In this document: positions 23,048-32,899 of the stretch, one piece after another | Numbering within the stretch: position 1 is the stretch's first letter | Layout of the letters: every line of letters begins with the position of its first letter | IMG/VR virus record: IMGVR_UViG_3300028886_000051 | From: a virus | Lineage: Duplodnaviria > Caudoviricetes | Reading direction: 5' to 3' (one strand) | DNA: 64,000 nt | Position numbers and translations under genes: made by a program | The notes under the pieces: model-generated | Databases searched by the model: none | Told to the model about the DNA's origin: nothing | Seen by the model: only the letters and a program-made list of their open reading frames with translations

Positions 23048-23719
23048 GTGGTTTTTGTGTTTGTATTGACAAACGGAAAAGATTACATAATGGAAAATCC
23101 AATGAGGGTTGGAGAGTATATAAAAACAACTTCTCTTGTACAAGCAACAAGATTTAACTATAAGCAGGCAAGAGGTTTTGTTCAGAAATATAAAAAAAGG
23201 TATAACTGGTTAAAGGGTTTTTATCTTGTAGATGCTGAAACGGGGAAGAAATCAGAAAAACCTTTAGCATATAAAGGGAATGAAGGTCTTTATTTAGACT
23301 CTGATTTTGATGATTCTATATTAGATAAAATTATTAATGAATCTCATTCTATTATAGGATTAGCTGGGTGGGATATCCAGCAATTGCATACATATAAAAA
23401 TTTGTTAAATACTCAATTAAGTATTTGTGACAGTGGTGAAAGCGATGTTAAACACGCTCTTGAGAAATATAAAGAAGTTCATAACGGTAGAAAACCTCAA
23501 GCTCATAAAGTAGCTAAACTTGGTTATTTGTTAGACGAGCTTAGAGACAGACATAAAAGGATAAAGTTATGTATCAGATATATTCAGATTATGGAAGAGG
23601 CTATTACATATAAATACACGATTAATAAAATCAAATATGAGTTAAGTAAGGCTCAAAATTGTGAATACAAAGGTAGAACACAATATTGGGCAATTGCACA
23701 AGAAATATTAGAAGATTAG
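23048..23719 (+). CDS. Hypothetical protein
   Basis: 223-aa ORF with AAGGAG SD; first gene after the LexA-boxed promoter. Confidence 0.75.
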   Translation: MVFVFVLTNGKDYIMENPMRVGEYIKTTSLVQATRFNYKQARGFVQKYKKRYNWLKGFYLVDAETGKKSEKPLAYKGNEGLYLDSDFDDSILDKIINESHSIIGLAGWDIQQLHTYKNLLNTQLSICDSGESDVKHALEKYKEVHNGRKPQAHKVAKLGYLLDELRDRHKRIKLCIRYIQIMEEAITYKYTINKIKYELSKAQNCEYKGRTQYWAIAQEILED

Positions 23720-23733
23720 AAAGGAGTGATGAA

Positions 23734-25905
23734 ATGGACTGGAAACAAATAAGTAAGTTAGATTTTACAGAAGATGAAATGAAAATTGTTGATTATTATT
23801 GTAAGGATAATATGAGACAGTTAAAAAAGGTATGTATTCCTTTGATTACCAATAAAAATGTAGTACAGATGGAATATGATGATTTATATTCAGATGCACT
23901 GAATGTGCTAATTGAAAGCGTCAAAGATTACAAAGGAGATAAATCAAAATTCTCCACATATTTAATCGGAAATATAAAACGTTCATTTTATGATTGGACA
24001 AGGGATCGGCTAAGATGGAAACGTTGTAATCTTGAAACAGATGAAAATGGTAAAGTAAAAAAAGATGGAAGTGGATTGCCAATTCCAATAAAAAATATTC
24101 CACTTGATGCTCCAAATGATGATGGGGTAGATTGGAGTGAAAAGATAATTGTTGAAGAGAATAATAACAATGAATATAGTTCAGGGTTTATTAAATATAT
24201 GAAATCTTTATCTAAAAGAGAAAAAGAAATCGCCAAACTAATAATACAAGGATATCAGTTAAATGAAATACAAGATATATTACATATTCCTGAAAAGAAG
24301 TTTATAAAAATCATAGGAAATATGAAAAGTTTTGAAAAACGCAAAATATTAAAAGCAAATGTTAAGGAGGAAAAACCGATGAATAATGCAATTACAACAA
24401 CTTTAGAAAAGAGCAAACCTGATAAATTATCAATATCTTCTATAATTAAGAAGATAAATAATTATACAGTAAGATTTGATCATCCACTTCAAAGAGAATC
24501 TGAAATGTGGTCAAATGTAATGAAAGGTAATCTTGTATCAGATATTTTACAGGGAAATCCAATTCCAGCCTTAACCTTTGCAGAACAAATTATTAATGGG
24601 ATTGCTATCATTTGGGATTTAGATGGTAAACAAAGATGTACAAATGTTTATTCATTTGCAAATGATGGTTTTAAAGTCTCTAAAAATGTTAGACGATGGC
24701 TAATTTCGTATCAAGCCATTGTAAAAGATGAAAATAATAAACCTATTTTAGATGTAAATGGATTTCCTCAGACGGAGAAAAGGGAATTTGATATTAGAAA
24801 TAAGAAGTTTTCAGATTTGCCTGAGGAATTACAGGACAAATTTATGGATTATAATTTTGAAATTACTCAATATCTTAATTGTAGCTCAGAAGACATTGCT
24901 TATCATATTGCAAGATACAATGAAGGTAAACCGATGAATACACAACAAAAAGGCATTATTAGTCTTGGAGAACATTTTGCATCTCTTGTCAAGGGGATTG
25001 CAGCAATGCCATTTTTTAAAGAAATGGGAAATTATACGGTTAAGGAATGTAATAACGGAACTACGAATCGTGTTGTTGTTGAAAGCATTATGGCTAATAA
25101 CTTTTTAGATGATTGGAAAAAAGATCAGTCAGAGATGTGTGAATTCTTAAAAGAGAATGCTAATGAAGAGATGTTTGATAATTTCGAAGAACTTGTTAAT
25201 AGATTATCTGAAACAATAGATGAAGAAACACTTGAAAAATTCAACTCAAAAGATTCATTTATTTGGTTTGGACTATTTGGAAGATTCGTAAATATATGTG
25301 ATGATGATAAAAAGTTTATAGAATTTATGGCTGAGTTTTCTCAGTCGTTACATAGTAAAGAAATTAACGGAATATCATTTGATAGTTTATGTTTTGATAA
25401 AGAAACTGGAAAATCAAGAAGTACAAAAGACAAATATATTGTAGTTGATAAAATAAATCTTCTTGTAAGATTATTAGAGGATTTCTTACATATTAATAAT
25501 AAAAGTGAAGAAAACGAGACGAAAATAGAGAATAATATAGAAGAGATTCAAAATCCTTGTGAAACAAATATTTTAGAGCCAAAAACTGACGTTGAAAGTA
25601 ATCTTTTATTTGTTAAAAAGAATGGTAATTCTGATGCAACAAATGAAGATATTGAAGAATATAAGGATTATATTGATGATACTGTAAGAGTATCGTCTCC
25701 TTTATATCGAAGATGTTATCAAGCTTTATTGGCACTTGTATCATTAGTATACAAAAATGAAACGGATAAAGAATTTGCTGAATGGATTGAAGATTATGCA
25801 AATAATACTTATGAATTTAGTGATGACCAAATAATAAATTTAAATAATATAAAAGGGGCATTTGATTCTTATATGTTGCAGAAAGAGAAAGGAGCAACAG
25901 CATAA
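23734..25905 (+). CDS. Sigma-70-family domain fused to a DUF262 (ParB/GmrS-like) domain
   Basis: N-terminus: YDDLYSDA...SKFSTYL (region 2) and LSKREKEIAKLIIQGY (region 4). C-terminus: FDHPLQR, DILQGNPIPAL, DLDGKQR, ARYNEGKPM. Internal AAGGAGG-ATG at 24379. Confidence 0.75.
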   Translation: MDWKQISKLDFTEDEMKIVDYYCKDNMRQLKKVCIPLITNKNVVQMEYDDLYSDALNVLIESVKDYKGDKSKFSTYLIGNIKRSFYDWTRDRLRWKRCNLETDENGKVKKDGSGLPIPIKNIPLDAPNDDGVDWSEKIIVEENNNNEYSSGFIKYMKSLSKREKEIAKLIIQGYQLNEIQDILHIPEKKFIKIIGNMKSFEKRKILKANVKEEKPMNNAITTTLEKSKPDKLSISSIIKKINNYTVRFDHPLQRESEMWSNVMKGNLVSDILQGNPIPALTFAEQIINGIAIIWDLDGKQRCTNVYSFANDGFKVSKNVRRWLISYQAIVKDENNKPILDVNGFPQTEKREFDIRNKKFSDLPEELQDKFMDYNFEITQYLNCSSEDIAYHIARYNEGKPMNTQQKGIISLGEHFASLVKGIAAMPFFKEMGNYTVKECNNGTTNRVVVESIMANNFLDDWKKDQSEMCEFLKENANEEMFDNFEELVNRLSETIDEETLEKFNSKDSFIWFGLFGRFVNICDDDKKFIEFMAEFSQSLHSKEINGISFDSLCFDKETGKSRSTKDKYIVVDKINLLVRLLEDFLHINNKSEENETKIENNIEEIQNPCETNILEPKTDVESNLLFVKKNGNSDATNEDIEEYKDYIDDTVRVSSPLYRRCYQALLALVSLVYKNETDKEFAEWIEDYANNTYEFSDDQIINLNNIKGAFDSYMLQKEKGATA

Positions 25906-25907
25906 TT

Positions 25908-26384
25908 ATGAAGAAGATTAGAATATCAGATATTATTATCACAGAAGCTTTTGCAAACTCACACCCTTCAGAAGAGAAAGTTCAAAAATATAGAAGGGAA
26001 TTTGCAAAAACCGGTAAGCAGAGTAAGTTCTTAATCATCAATAAATACAATGTACTTATGGATGGATATATTCAGTATCTTATATTAAAAGAAAACGGAA
26101 TTGAAGAAGCTGAATGTATCAGATCAAATAGAAAAAATATAGGAAATTACCGCAATGAAATGACTACATATATTTATAGTAAGCATGAAAACAGTAATTG
26201 TGATAAGGAATTTGTATGGAGAGTTCCGAAAAATTGGAATGATTTCAATGTAAATATTGGTGACAAAATTTTCTGTTATACAAAATTTGGTATTGCACCA
26301 GTTATTGTAACGAAAATTGAGAGGTTAGAGAAGTGTCCGATTGATTTGAGAATTAAAAAAGTTGCCAAGTGTAACAAAGAATAA
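25908..26384 (+). CDS. ParB/Srx-like N-terminal domain protein
   Basis: KIRISDIII...IINKYNVLMDGYIQYLIL. Confidence 0.55.
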   Translation: MKKIRISDIIITEAFANSHPSEEKVQKYRREFAKTGKQSKFLIINKYNVLMDGYIQYLILKENGIEEAECIRSNRKNIGNYRNEMTTYIYSKHENSNCDKEFVWRVPKNWNDFNVNIGDKIFCYTKFGIAPVIVTKIERLEKCPIDLRIKKVAKCNKE

Positions 26385-26807
26385 GTTAACAACAGAAATC
26401 AGAAAACGTCCGATTATTCAATCAAATACATAATAGCCGAGTCTGGTAATTCTCATATTCTTCGTGAGTATGGTTTCTGTTCTATATAAAAAAGGAATGT
26501 TCGATTTCTTAGGAAGAGAGGTAAAAGAATATTGAATAAAATAGATATATGTAAAATGTGTCAGGAATATGATGTTGAACATAAATGTGAAATAGAAAGA
26601 GATTGTAAGCTTATTTCTGTTTTAGAAGAGAATAAAGAATTAAAGAAACAAGTAAATTCTTTAAAGAAAGAATTATCTGATGCAAAATTGAAAATGTCCT
26701 ATATGATAAATCCCAATGCTATAGGTAATAGGAATGATATGGGATGGTAATTAACAAGAAAACTTTGTTTCCTTTGAAAAATTTAATAGAACAGGAGAGA
26801 TTATAAA

Positions 26808-27773
26808 ATGAGAAAAATAACAGAAACACATACAGGGAAGATTGTAACTGATACAGATTTAACTCTTGAATATTTATATGTTGGAGATTACGGAAAAGAG
26901 AATAATATTAAAGCATCATTTCTTGGATATGATAAAAGAATTGATAAGGTAGAACATAAGCCTGTAGATATTACTGACAAGCTTGTAGTTACTGTATCTT
27001 CACAGAAAGGTTGTCCTATGAATTGCAATTTCTGTGATTGTCCTAAACTTGGATTTAAAGGCAATGCTACTTTGCCAGAGTTGATTACAGAAATTATGTC
27101 AGGTGTTGCTTTATCTGGAATTAAGCATGGACAGAGATTGAATGTACATTATGCAAGAATGGGCGAACCGACATTTAATCCAAATGTTATCACATCGGCA
27201 GAGTCCATTGCACAAATGTTAATGAGTGAAAATTCAGACGTAACTTTTGATACATATCATCCTGTAGTGTCTACTATGATGCCAAAATCAAATAAAAATC
27301 TCAAAGAGTTTTTACATAAATGGGTAACAACTGGATTCGTATATGGTGGAGAAGATGGTTTTGGATTACAGTTTTCTATAAATACTCTTAATGAGAATGA
27401 CAGAAATGAAATGTTCAGAAACAGATCTTTATCATTACAGGAAATCAGTGATATTATCAAAGAACTCCCTTATCCAAAGAAGAGAAAATATACATTAAAT
27501 TTTGCGGTTACTTCCAAGAGTAATCTTGATGTAGACCTTATGAACAAGTATTTTGATAAGGAAAAATGCATTGTTAAAATGACACCAATTCATGAGACTG
27601 TTGAAGCTGTTGATGAAGGATATGAAATTGTGCATAATTTTGATGTATATGAGCAGTTTGAGCAGCCACTTGTGAATGATGGATGGGATGTAATTGTCTT
27701 TGTACCGTCAAAAGAAGAGGATGAAGACAGAATTACATGTGGAAATTCATTGATTGCATTAGGAAACAAGTAA
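26808..27773 (+). CDS. Radical SAM protein, RlmN/Cfr-like
   Basis: VSSQKGCPMNCNFC (CxxxCxxC), MGEP motif and C-terminal ITCG. Confidence 0.8.
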   Translation: MRKITETHTGKIVTDTDLTLEYLYVGDYGKENNIKASFLGYDKRIDKVEHKPVDITDKLVVTVSSQKGCPMNCNFCDCPKLGFKGNATLPELITEIMSGVALSGIKHGQRLNVHYARMGEPTFNPNVITSAESIAQMLMSENSDVTFDTYHPVVSTMMPKSNKNLKEFLHKWVTTGFVYGGEDGFGLQFSINTLNENDRNEMFRNRSLSLQEISDIIKELPYPKKRKYTLNFAVTSKSNLDVDLMNKYFDKEKCIVKMTPIHETVEAVDEGYEIVHNFDVYEQFEQPLVNDGWDVIVFVPSKEEDEDRITCGNSLIALGNK

Positions 27774-27814
27774 CAAGAATCGCACATTTCTTCGGAATTT
27801 TGGAGGTGAAATAA

Positions 27815-28012
27815 ATGGCAAAATGGGGAACTAAAAATCCACCACAGAAAAAAGGAAGATATTTGGTAACAATAGAAACATCTTTTGGGAGACAGGTAAG
27901 ACAAGCTGATAGATGTGAATATCCAAAGGGAAATTGGACATGGAATGTTTTACCAAGTGGTAGCACCGATGTGATTGCGTGGCAGAAATGTCCTGAACCA
28001 TATAGAGGATAA
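27815..28012 (+). CDS. DUF551-like small phage protein
   Basis: PPQKKGRYLVT...DVIAWQKCPEPY. Confidence 0.6.
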   Translation: MAKWGTKNPPQKKGRYLVTIETSFGRQVRQADRCEYPKGNWTWNVLPSGSTDVIAWQKCPEPYRG

Positions 28013-28907
28013 GCGAGGTGAAATGAATGGATATTATAGAAGAAATTTTGGACAAGTATTTTGATGAAGAACATGAATATTATCATCGTTACAGAGAAGA
28101 TGAAGAAAATTATTATGATGTCGTTGACGAGTTAAAGCAAGAATTAACTAAGAAAAACATTTCTTTTAAATTGGATGTTACGGACGCATTTGATTTTCCT
28201 GGTTATGAGTGTTCTGTTTTATCGATTGCTTATATTAAACCAAATAATAATTGGGATTCTATCGAACTGGAAACAGTTTTATTAGAAAAGTATGTAAAGA
28301 ATAATCATATATAGAAATTTCTATCTTGGCGATTCAGCCAAATTTTTCCAAAAAAGAGGTGAGAAAAAATTAAGACCTATAAAAAGATTTTATTTTCAAA
28401 ACATGCAGAGTCTCCGTTGGCGTGGAGAGATGATAGAAAAGCAAAAACTCACATTGAATTAGTATTATATTTTGATTTCAAAGAAGGTGTGAGATTTACT
28501 GCAACGGCAGGAAATATATCAGCATGTCGTAGAAACCCATTTAAAGCACTTTTTAGAGTGTTGGAACATGAATCAATTGGCATGGCGAAGTATGACTATC
28601 TAAAAGATGATACAAGAAGAAAAGGGTTATGGCAGAAGCTATAACAGAGAATAATATAGTATAGAAAATTTTCTTAACTTGGACATTCGTTCAAGTATTT
28701 CCAAAAACAAAAATAAAGTAATGAAATATTTTTTTCTTTATTCTCTGTCAAAATCCTTTAATCTACAGAGATTGCGCAATCATTTTTACCCAGGAGTTAC
28801 TGTTAAATCCTTTCTTCTTAATTATTTTGTTGAAAAATCCTATAGAATTAACACGTCTGCTAAAACCATAAGAAAAAAATAATTATTGTGAGAAGAAATG
28901 GAAGTTA

Positions 28908-30269
28908 GTGAACTTCTGTGAGTTTGATAAATATGCAACAAGTTCTTATTGTGCTATTCATAATGAGAACGAAAGTAAAAATCTTGGTGATATTACTAAG
29001 GTTAATGAAACAAAACTTGAACCATTTAACATGATTTGCGGAGGATCGCCATGTCAGGATTTTTCAGTCGCTGGTAAACAGAAAGGTTCTGTATGGACTT
29101 GTAAAGATTGTGGACATGAGTATAACCCACTGACAGTTCATTGGTCAGAAAGAGATAAGTGTCCATGCTGCGGAAGTAATAACATTGAGAAGACTCGTTC
29201 ATCTCTTTTGGTAGAGTATCTGAGAGTTATCAGAGCAAATAAACCGAATTTTGGTATGTACGAGAATGTAAAGAATATTGTAGGAAAGCAGTTTAAAGAT
29301 ACATTTAAGATGTTCACAGATGAGTTGGATGAGTATGGATACAATGTGTACTGGAAAGTCCTAAATGCAAAAGATTATGGTATTCCTCAGAATAGAGAGC
29401 GTGTGTATCTGATTTTTATTAAGAAAGAATTAGACAATGGAAAGTTTACATATCCTGAACCATTTGATAATGGAATGAGATTAAAAGATATTCTTGAAGA
29501 GAATGTTGATGAGAAGTTTTATATCTCAGAAGATAAGGTTCAGAGATTTTTAACAAATCTCAATAACGAAGACGCTTTATTATACGATGCTTGTCAGGTT
29601 AAAAGAGAAGGAAAATCAAGAGAATATAATGATTTCTGTCCTACTTTAACAGCAAGAGATTATAAAGATCCACGTCTTGTAAATGATAATGTTGTAAAAC
29701 AGATTGGCACAATTTCTAAATGTGAGGGGAATTGGAAAAATCCACAGGTAGGTAGAATTTATAGTACAGATGGTTGTAGTCCAACATTAAATACTTGTGG
29801 AGGTGGTAGTCATGAACCAAAGATTGTTCAGCTAGGAAATGTAAATCCATCTGGCAAAGGTATGAATGGCAATGTGTTTGACGAGAATGGATTAGCACCG
29901 ACTCTTACAACAAATAAGGGTGAGGGTAATAAGATTGCAATTCGCCAGGTTCACAAAATTGAACCACCTATTAGGATCAGAAAGCTTACTCCAAAGGAAT
30001 GTTTTAGACTTATGGGATTCTCAGATGAAAATTTTGAAGCAGCTGAGAAGATGGTAAGTAACAGTCAGTTGTACAAGCAGGCAGGAAATTCTATCGTAGT
30101 AGATGTTTTATATTACATATTGGTTGAATTGTATAAGACTATGCCATATCTTTTTGAGGATTTGAGATTGAGTAGCTTCTTTTCAGGAATCGGCGCATTT
30201 GAGATAGCATTGAATAGATTATATGAAGGAATCAACTCTGGAAATTTTATAAATCCACAAGTGGATTAA
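28908..30269 (+). CDS. Circularly permuted DNA cytosine-C5 methyltransferase
   Basis: GGSPCQDFS (IV), ENV (VI), QNRERVY (VIII), RKLTPKECFRLMGF (IX), YKQAGNSI (X), then FSGIGAFE (I) at the C-terminus. Start codon uncertain. Confidence 0.9.
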   Translation: MNFCEFDKYATSSYCAIHNENESKNLGDITKVNETKLEPFNMICGGSPCQDFSVAGKQKGSVWTCKDCGHEYNPLTVHWSERDKCPCCGSNNIEKTRSSLLVEYLRVIRANKPNFGMYENVKNIVGKQFKDTFKMFTDELDEYGYNVYWKVLNAKDYGIPQNRERVYLIFIKKELDNGKFTYPEPFDNGMRLKDILEENVDEKFYISEDKVQRFLTNLNNEDALLYDACQVKREGKSREYNDFCPTLTARDYKDPRLVNDNVVKQIGTISKCEGNWKNPQVGRIYSTDGCSPTLNTCGGGSHEPKIVQLGNVNPSGKGMNGNVFDENGLAPTLTTNKGEGNKIAIRQVHKIEPPIRIRKLTPKECFRLMGFSDENFEAAEKMVSNSQLYKQAGNSIVVDVLYYILVELYKTMPYLFEDLRLSSFFSGIGAFEIALNRLYEGINSGNFINPQVD

Positions 30270-30445
30270 GTTCTGCTTGTGGTGATAAACCACAATTAGT
30301 TGGTGGTGTCGGTGAAATAAATTTTGGAAAGCAATTTCGTCAGGGTAATAGAGTATATGATTCAGATCATGTAGCAATGTGTTTATTGGCGCAGCCTGTA
30401 GGTAATGCTGGTGGATTCAGTTATTTATATGTGGTTAGAAAATAA
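30242..30445 (+). other. Putative programmed -1 frameshift signal and -1-frame extension of the C5 methyltransferase
   Basis: A-AAT-TTT heptamer 30242-30248; 11-bp stem 30255-30282; upstream AAGGA; the -1 frame is open to TAA 30445 and encodes a TRD-like repeat. Confidence 0.65.
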
Positions 30446-30490
30446 AATGGAGAATAATACAATAGGTAGTTGAAAATAAAATGATATATA

Positions 30491-30532
30491 CAATATATAG
30501 TATTAAGCGATTATAACAAATACTATATATTG
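30491..30532. promoter_or_regulatory. Tandem NrdR boxes upstream of the NAD salvage operon
   Basis: CAATATATAG (30491) and CTATATATTG (30523), 32-bp period. Confidence 0.7.
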
Positions 30533-30620
30533 TATAAAAATCAAAACCAAAAGAAAGCGGAATTTCTTGCGAGTTTTCAGAGAATAAATACATATAAAAA
30601 TAAAGAAAAGAGGTAGAAAA

Positions 30621-31145
30621 ATGAGAGAAACATTAATTGTTGTAGACATGCAGAATGATTTTATTGATGGAACACTTGGTACAAAGGAAGCACAGGCGAT
30701 TGTATCAAATGTAGCAAAGAAAATTAAGGAGTATAAGGATGCTGGTAAACAGGTAATTTTTACAAGAGACACACATCCTGAGAATTATTTAGAGACATAT
30801 GAAGGTGTACATCTTCCTGTTACTCACTGTGTAAAGAATACTATTGGTTGGCAGATTTCAGATAAGCTAGATTTTGATATTGAGAACGATATTCTGATTG
30901 ATAAGCCTACATTCGGTTGGTTAAACTGGAAGGATTTTGGATTTGAAAGTGTTGAGGTTTGCGGATTATGCACCGACATCTGTGTGGTTTCAAATGTACT
31001 TATTATTAGAGCAAATTATCCTGAGATTGATATTACAGTAGATGCAAGCTGTTGCGCAGGTGTGACACCCGATACTCACAAGGCTGCATTAGCAACTATG
31101 AAGATGTGTCAGATTGAAGTGATTGGAGATAATAATGAATTGTAA
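30621..31145 (+). CDS. pncA: Nicotinamidase (isochorismatase family)
   Basis: VVDMQNDF, TRDTH, HC, DKPTFG and GLCTDICV motifs; operon context. Confidence 0.88.
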   Translation: MRETLIVVDMQNDFIDGTLGTKEAQAIVSNVAKKIKEYKDAGKQVIFTRDTHPENYLETYEGVHLPVTHCVKNTIGWQISDKLDFDIENDILIDKPTFGWLNWKDFGFESVEVCGLCTDICVVSNVLIIRANYPEIDITVDASCCAGVTPDTHKAALATMKMCQIEVIGDNNEL

Positions 31146-31689
31146 GAATTATATCATTAATACTTTCAGACATTTTAAGAAAGTCTGTACTCACAAACGT
31201 TGGGTATTCTACTATTGCTGTAAAGTGGGAATTCCATTTCAAGGGTTAATACATGATTTATCTAAATTTTCTCCAACAGAATTTTGGGAGAGTGTTAAGT
31301 ATTATCAAGGTACTTCAAGTCCAATAGATGCTTGTAAGAAAGAGAATGGTTGGTCAGCAGCTTGGATGCATCATAAAGGAAGAAACAAGCACCATTACGA
31401 ATATTGGCAGGACAATTTTGATAATGGTGGAAATCCTATTGAAATGCCAATGAAGTATAAAAAAGAAATGCTTTGTGATTATCTTGGAGCAGGTAGAGCA
31501 TATCATGGTAAATCATTTAATTTTGAGAAGGAATTAAAATGGTGGGAATCTAAGAAAAGTAAACCAATTGCAATGCATCCAAATGATATGGCTTTTAATG
31601 ATAAGTACATTAATCTGTTTTATGAGTACGAAAACAGAGAATATGATATTAGAACAATATTTAATCAAATCAAGAAGGAAGGAAAATAA
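31135..31689 (+). CDS. HD-like domain protein (DUF5662-like)
   Basis: IHDLSKFSPTEF, HHKGRNKHH and EMLCD. Confidence 0.65.
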   Translation: MNCKNYIINTFRHFKKVCTHKRWVFYYCCKVGIPFQGLIHDLSKFSPTEFWESVKYYQGTSSPIDACKKENGWSAAWMHHKGRNKHHYEYWQDNFDNGGNPIEMPMKYKKEMLCDYLGAGRAYHGKSFNFEKELKWWESKKSKPIAMHPNDMAFNDKYINLFYEYENREYDIRTIFNQIKKEGK

Positions 31690-31690
31690 T

Positions 31691-32899
31691 ATGGAACAGA
31701 TTATTACAAGTTTATTGGAGACAGATGCCTACAAATTGTCAATGGGACAGGCTATTTATCATCAGTTTAGCGATTATAAAACCACTTGGAGTTTTAAATG
31801 TCGTAATAAGGATGTTCATTTTACACCAGAAATGGTAGAAGAGATTCGCAGACAGATCAAGTTATATTGTGGTTTGAGGTTTACAGAAGATGAACTTACT
31901 TATATTGACAATATCAAATGGATGAAAGGTTCGTATGTTGATTTTCTGAGATTATGGCAGCCAAGATATGAGGATTTTGAGATTACAACAGATTCAGATT
32001 GCGGTCTTTCTATCGAAACATTTGGTACATGGCTCAACACTTCGATGTATGAGATTCCTACGCTTGCGATTGTAAACGAAGTATATTTTAGAATGGCGTA
32101 TAACTATGATGAATTACTTGATAGCTTCAAAAAGAGATTAGATGAAAAGTACGAAAATCTCAGAAGCGGTCATTGGTATGCTGGTACATTTTCTGAATTT
32201 GGTCTTAGAAGAAGACTTTCTGCTGAAGCACAGGAATTAGCTGTTGAGAAGTTCTCACATTTGAATGATACATTACACAGTCCTTCTAAATTTGTTGGTA
32301 CATCCAATGTATATCTTGCGAAGAAATATAACCTTACACCTGTTGGAACTATGGCTCATGAATGGATTATGTGTTCTGGTCAGGGTAATCACAAGCACAA
32401 TCCAGCATATTCAAACTGGTATGCCTTAGATGCATGGGTTAGAGAATATGGTGTGTTAAATGGTATTGCACTCACAGATACAATTACAACTGATTGTTTC
32501 TTAAAAGACTTTCAGTTGACATATGCAACATTATTTAGTGGTGTAAGACATGATAGTGGTGATCCGATTGAATGGGGTGAGAAAATGATTAATCATTATG
32601 AGTCACTTGGTATTAATCCTAAAACAAAAACACTTCTGTTTAGTGACAGTCTTGATTTTGAAAGAGCTGATAAGTTATTCAGACACTTCCACGATAGAGT
32701 AAATGTTGCATTTGGAATTGGTACTTATTTGAGCAATGACACAGATGTTCCTGCTTTAAATATTGTGATGAAAACCACTAAATGTAACGGTATGGATGTT
32801 GCCAAGGTGTCTGACGTAGAAGGAAAAGGCATGTGTAAAAACCCTGATTATGTTGATTATCTAAAGAGATGTATTAATTGGAGAATTGATCATGAATAA
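31691..32899 (+). CDS. pncB: Nicotinate phosphoribosyltransferase
   Basis: LLETDAYKLSM, EFGLRRR, GTSNV, GTMAHEW, GVRHDSGDP, FSDSL and FGIGT. Confidence 0.95.
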   Translation: MEQIITSLLETDAYKLSMGQAIYHQFSDYKTTWSFKCRNKDVHFTPEMVEEIRRQIKLYCGLRFTEDELTYIDNIKWMKGSYVDFLRLWQPRYEDFEITTDSDCGLSIETFGTWLNTSMYEIPTLAIVNEVYFRMAYNYDELLDSFKKRLDEKYENLRSGHWYAGTFSEFGLRRRLSAEAQELAVEKFSHLNDTLHSPSKFVGTSNVYLAKKYNLTPVGTMAHEWIMCSGQGNHKHNPAYSNWYALDAWVREYGVLNGIALTDTITTDCFLKDFQLTYATLFSGVRHDSGDPIEWGEKMINHYESLGINPKTKTLLFSDSLDFERADKLFRHFHDRVNVAFGIGTYLSNDTDVPALNIVMKTTKCNGMDVAKVSDVEGKGMCKNPDYVDYLKRCINWRIDHE

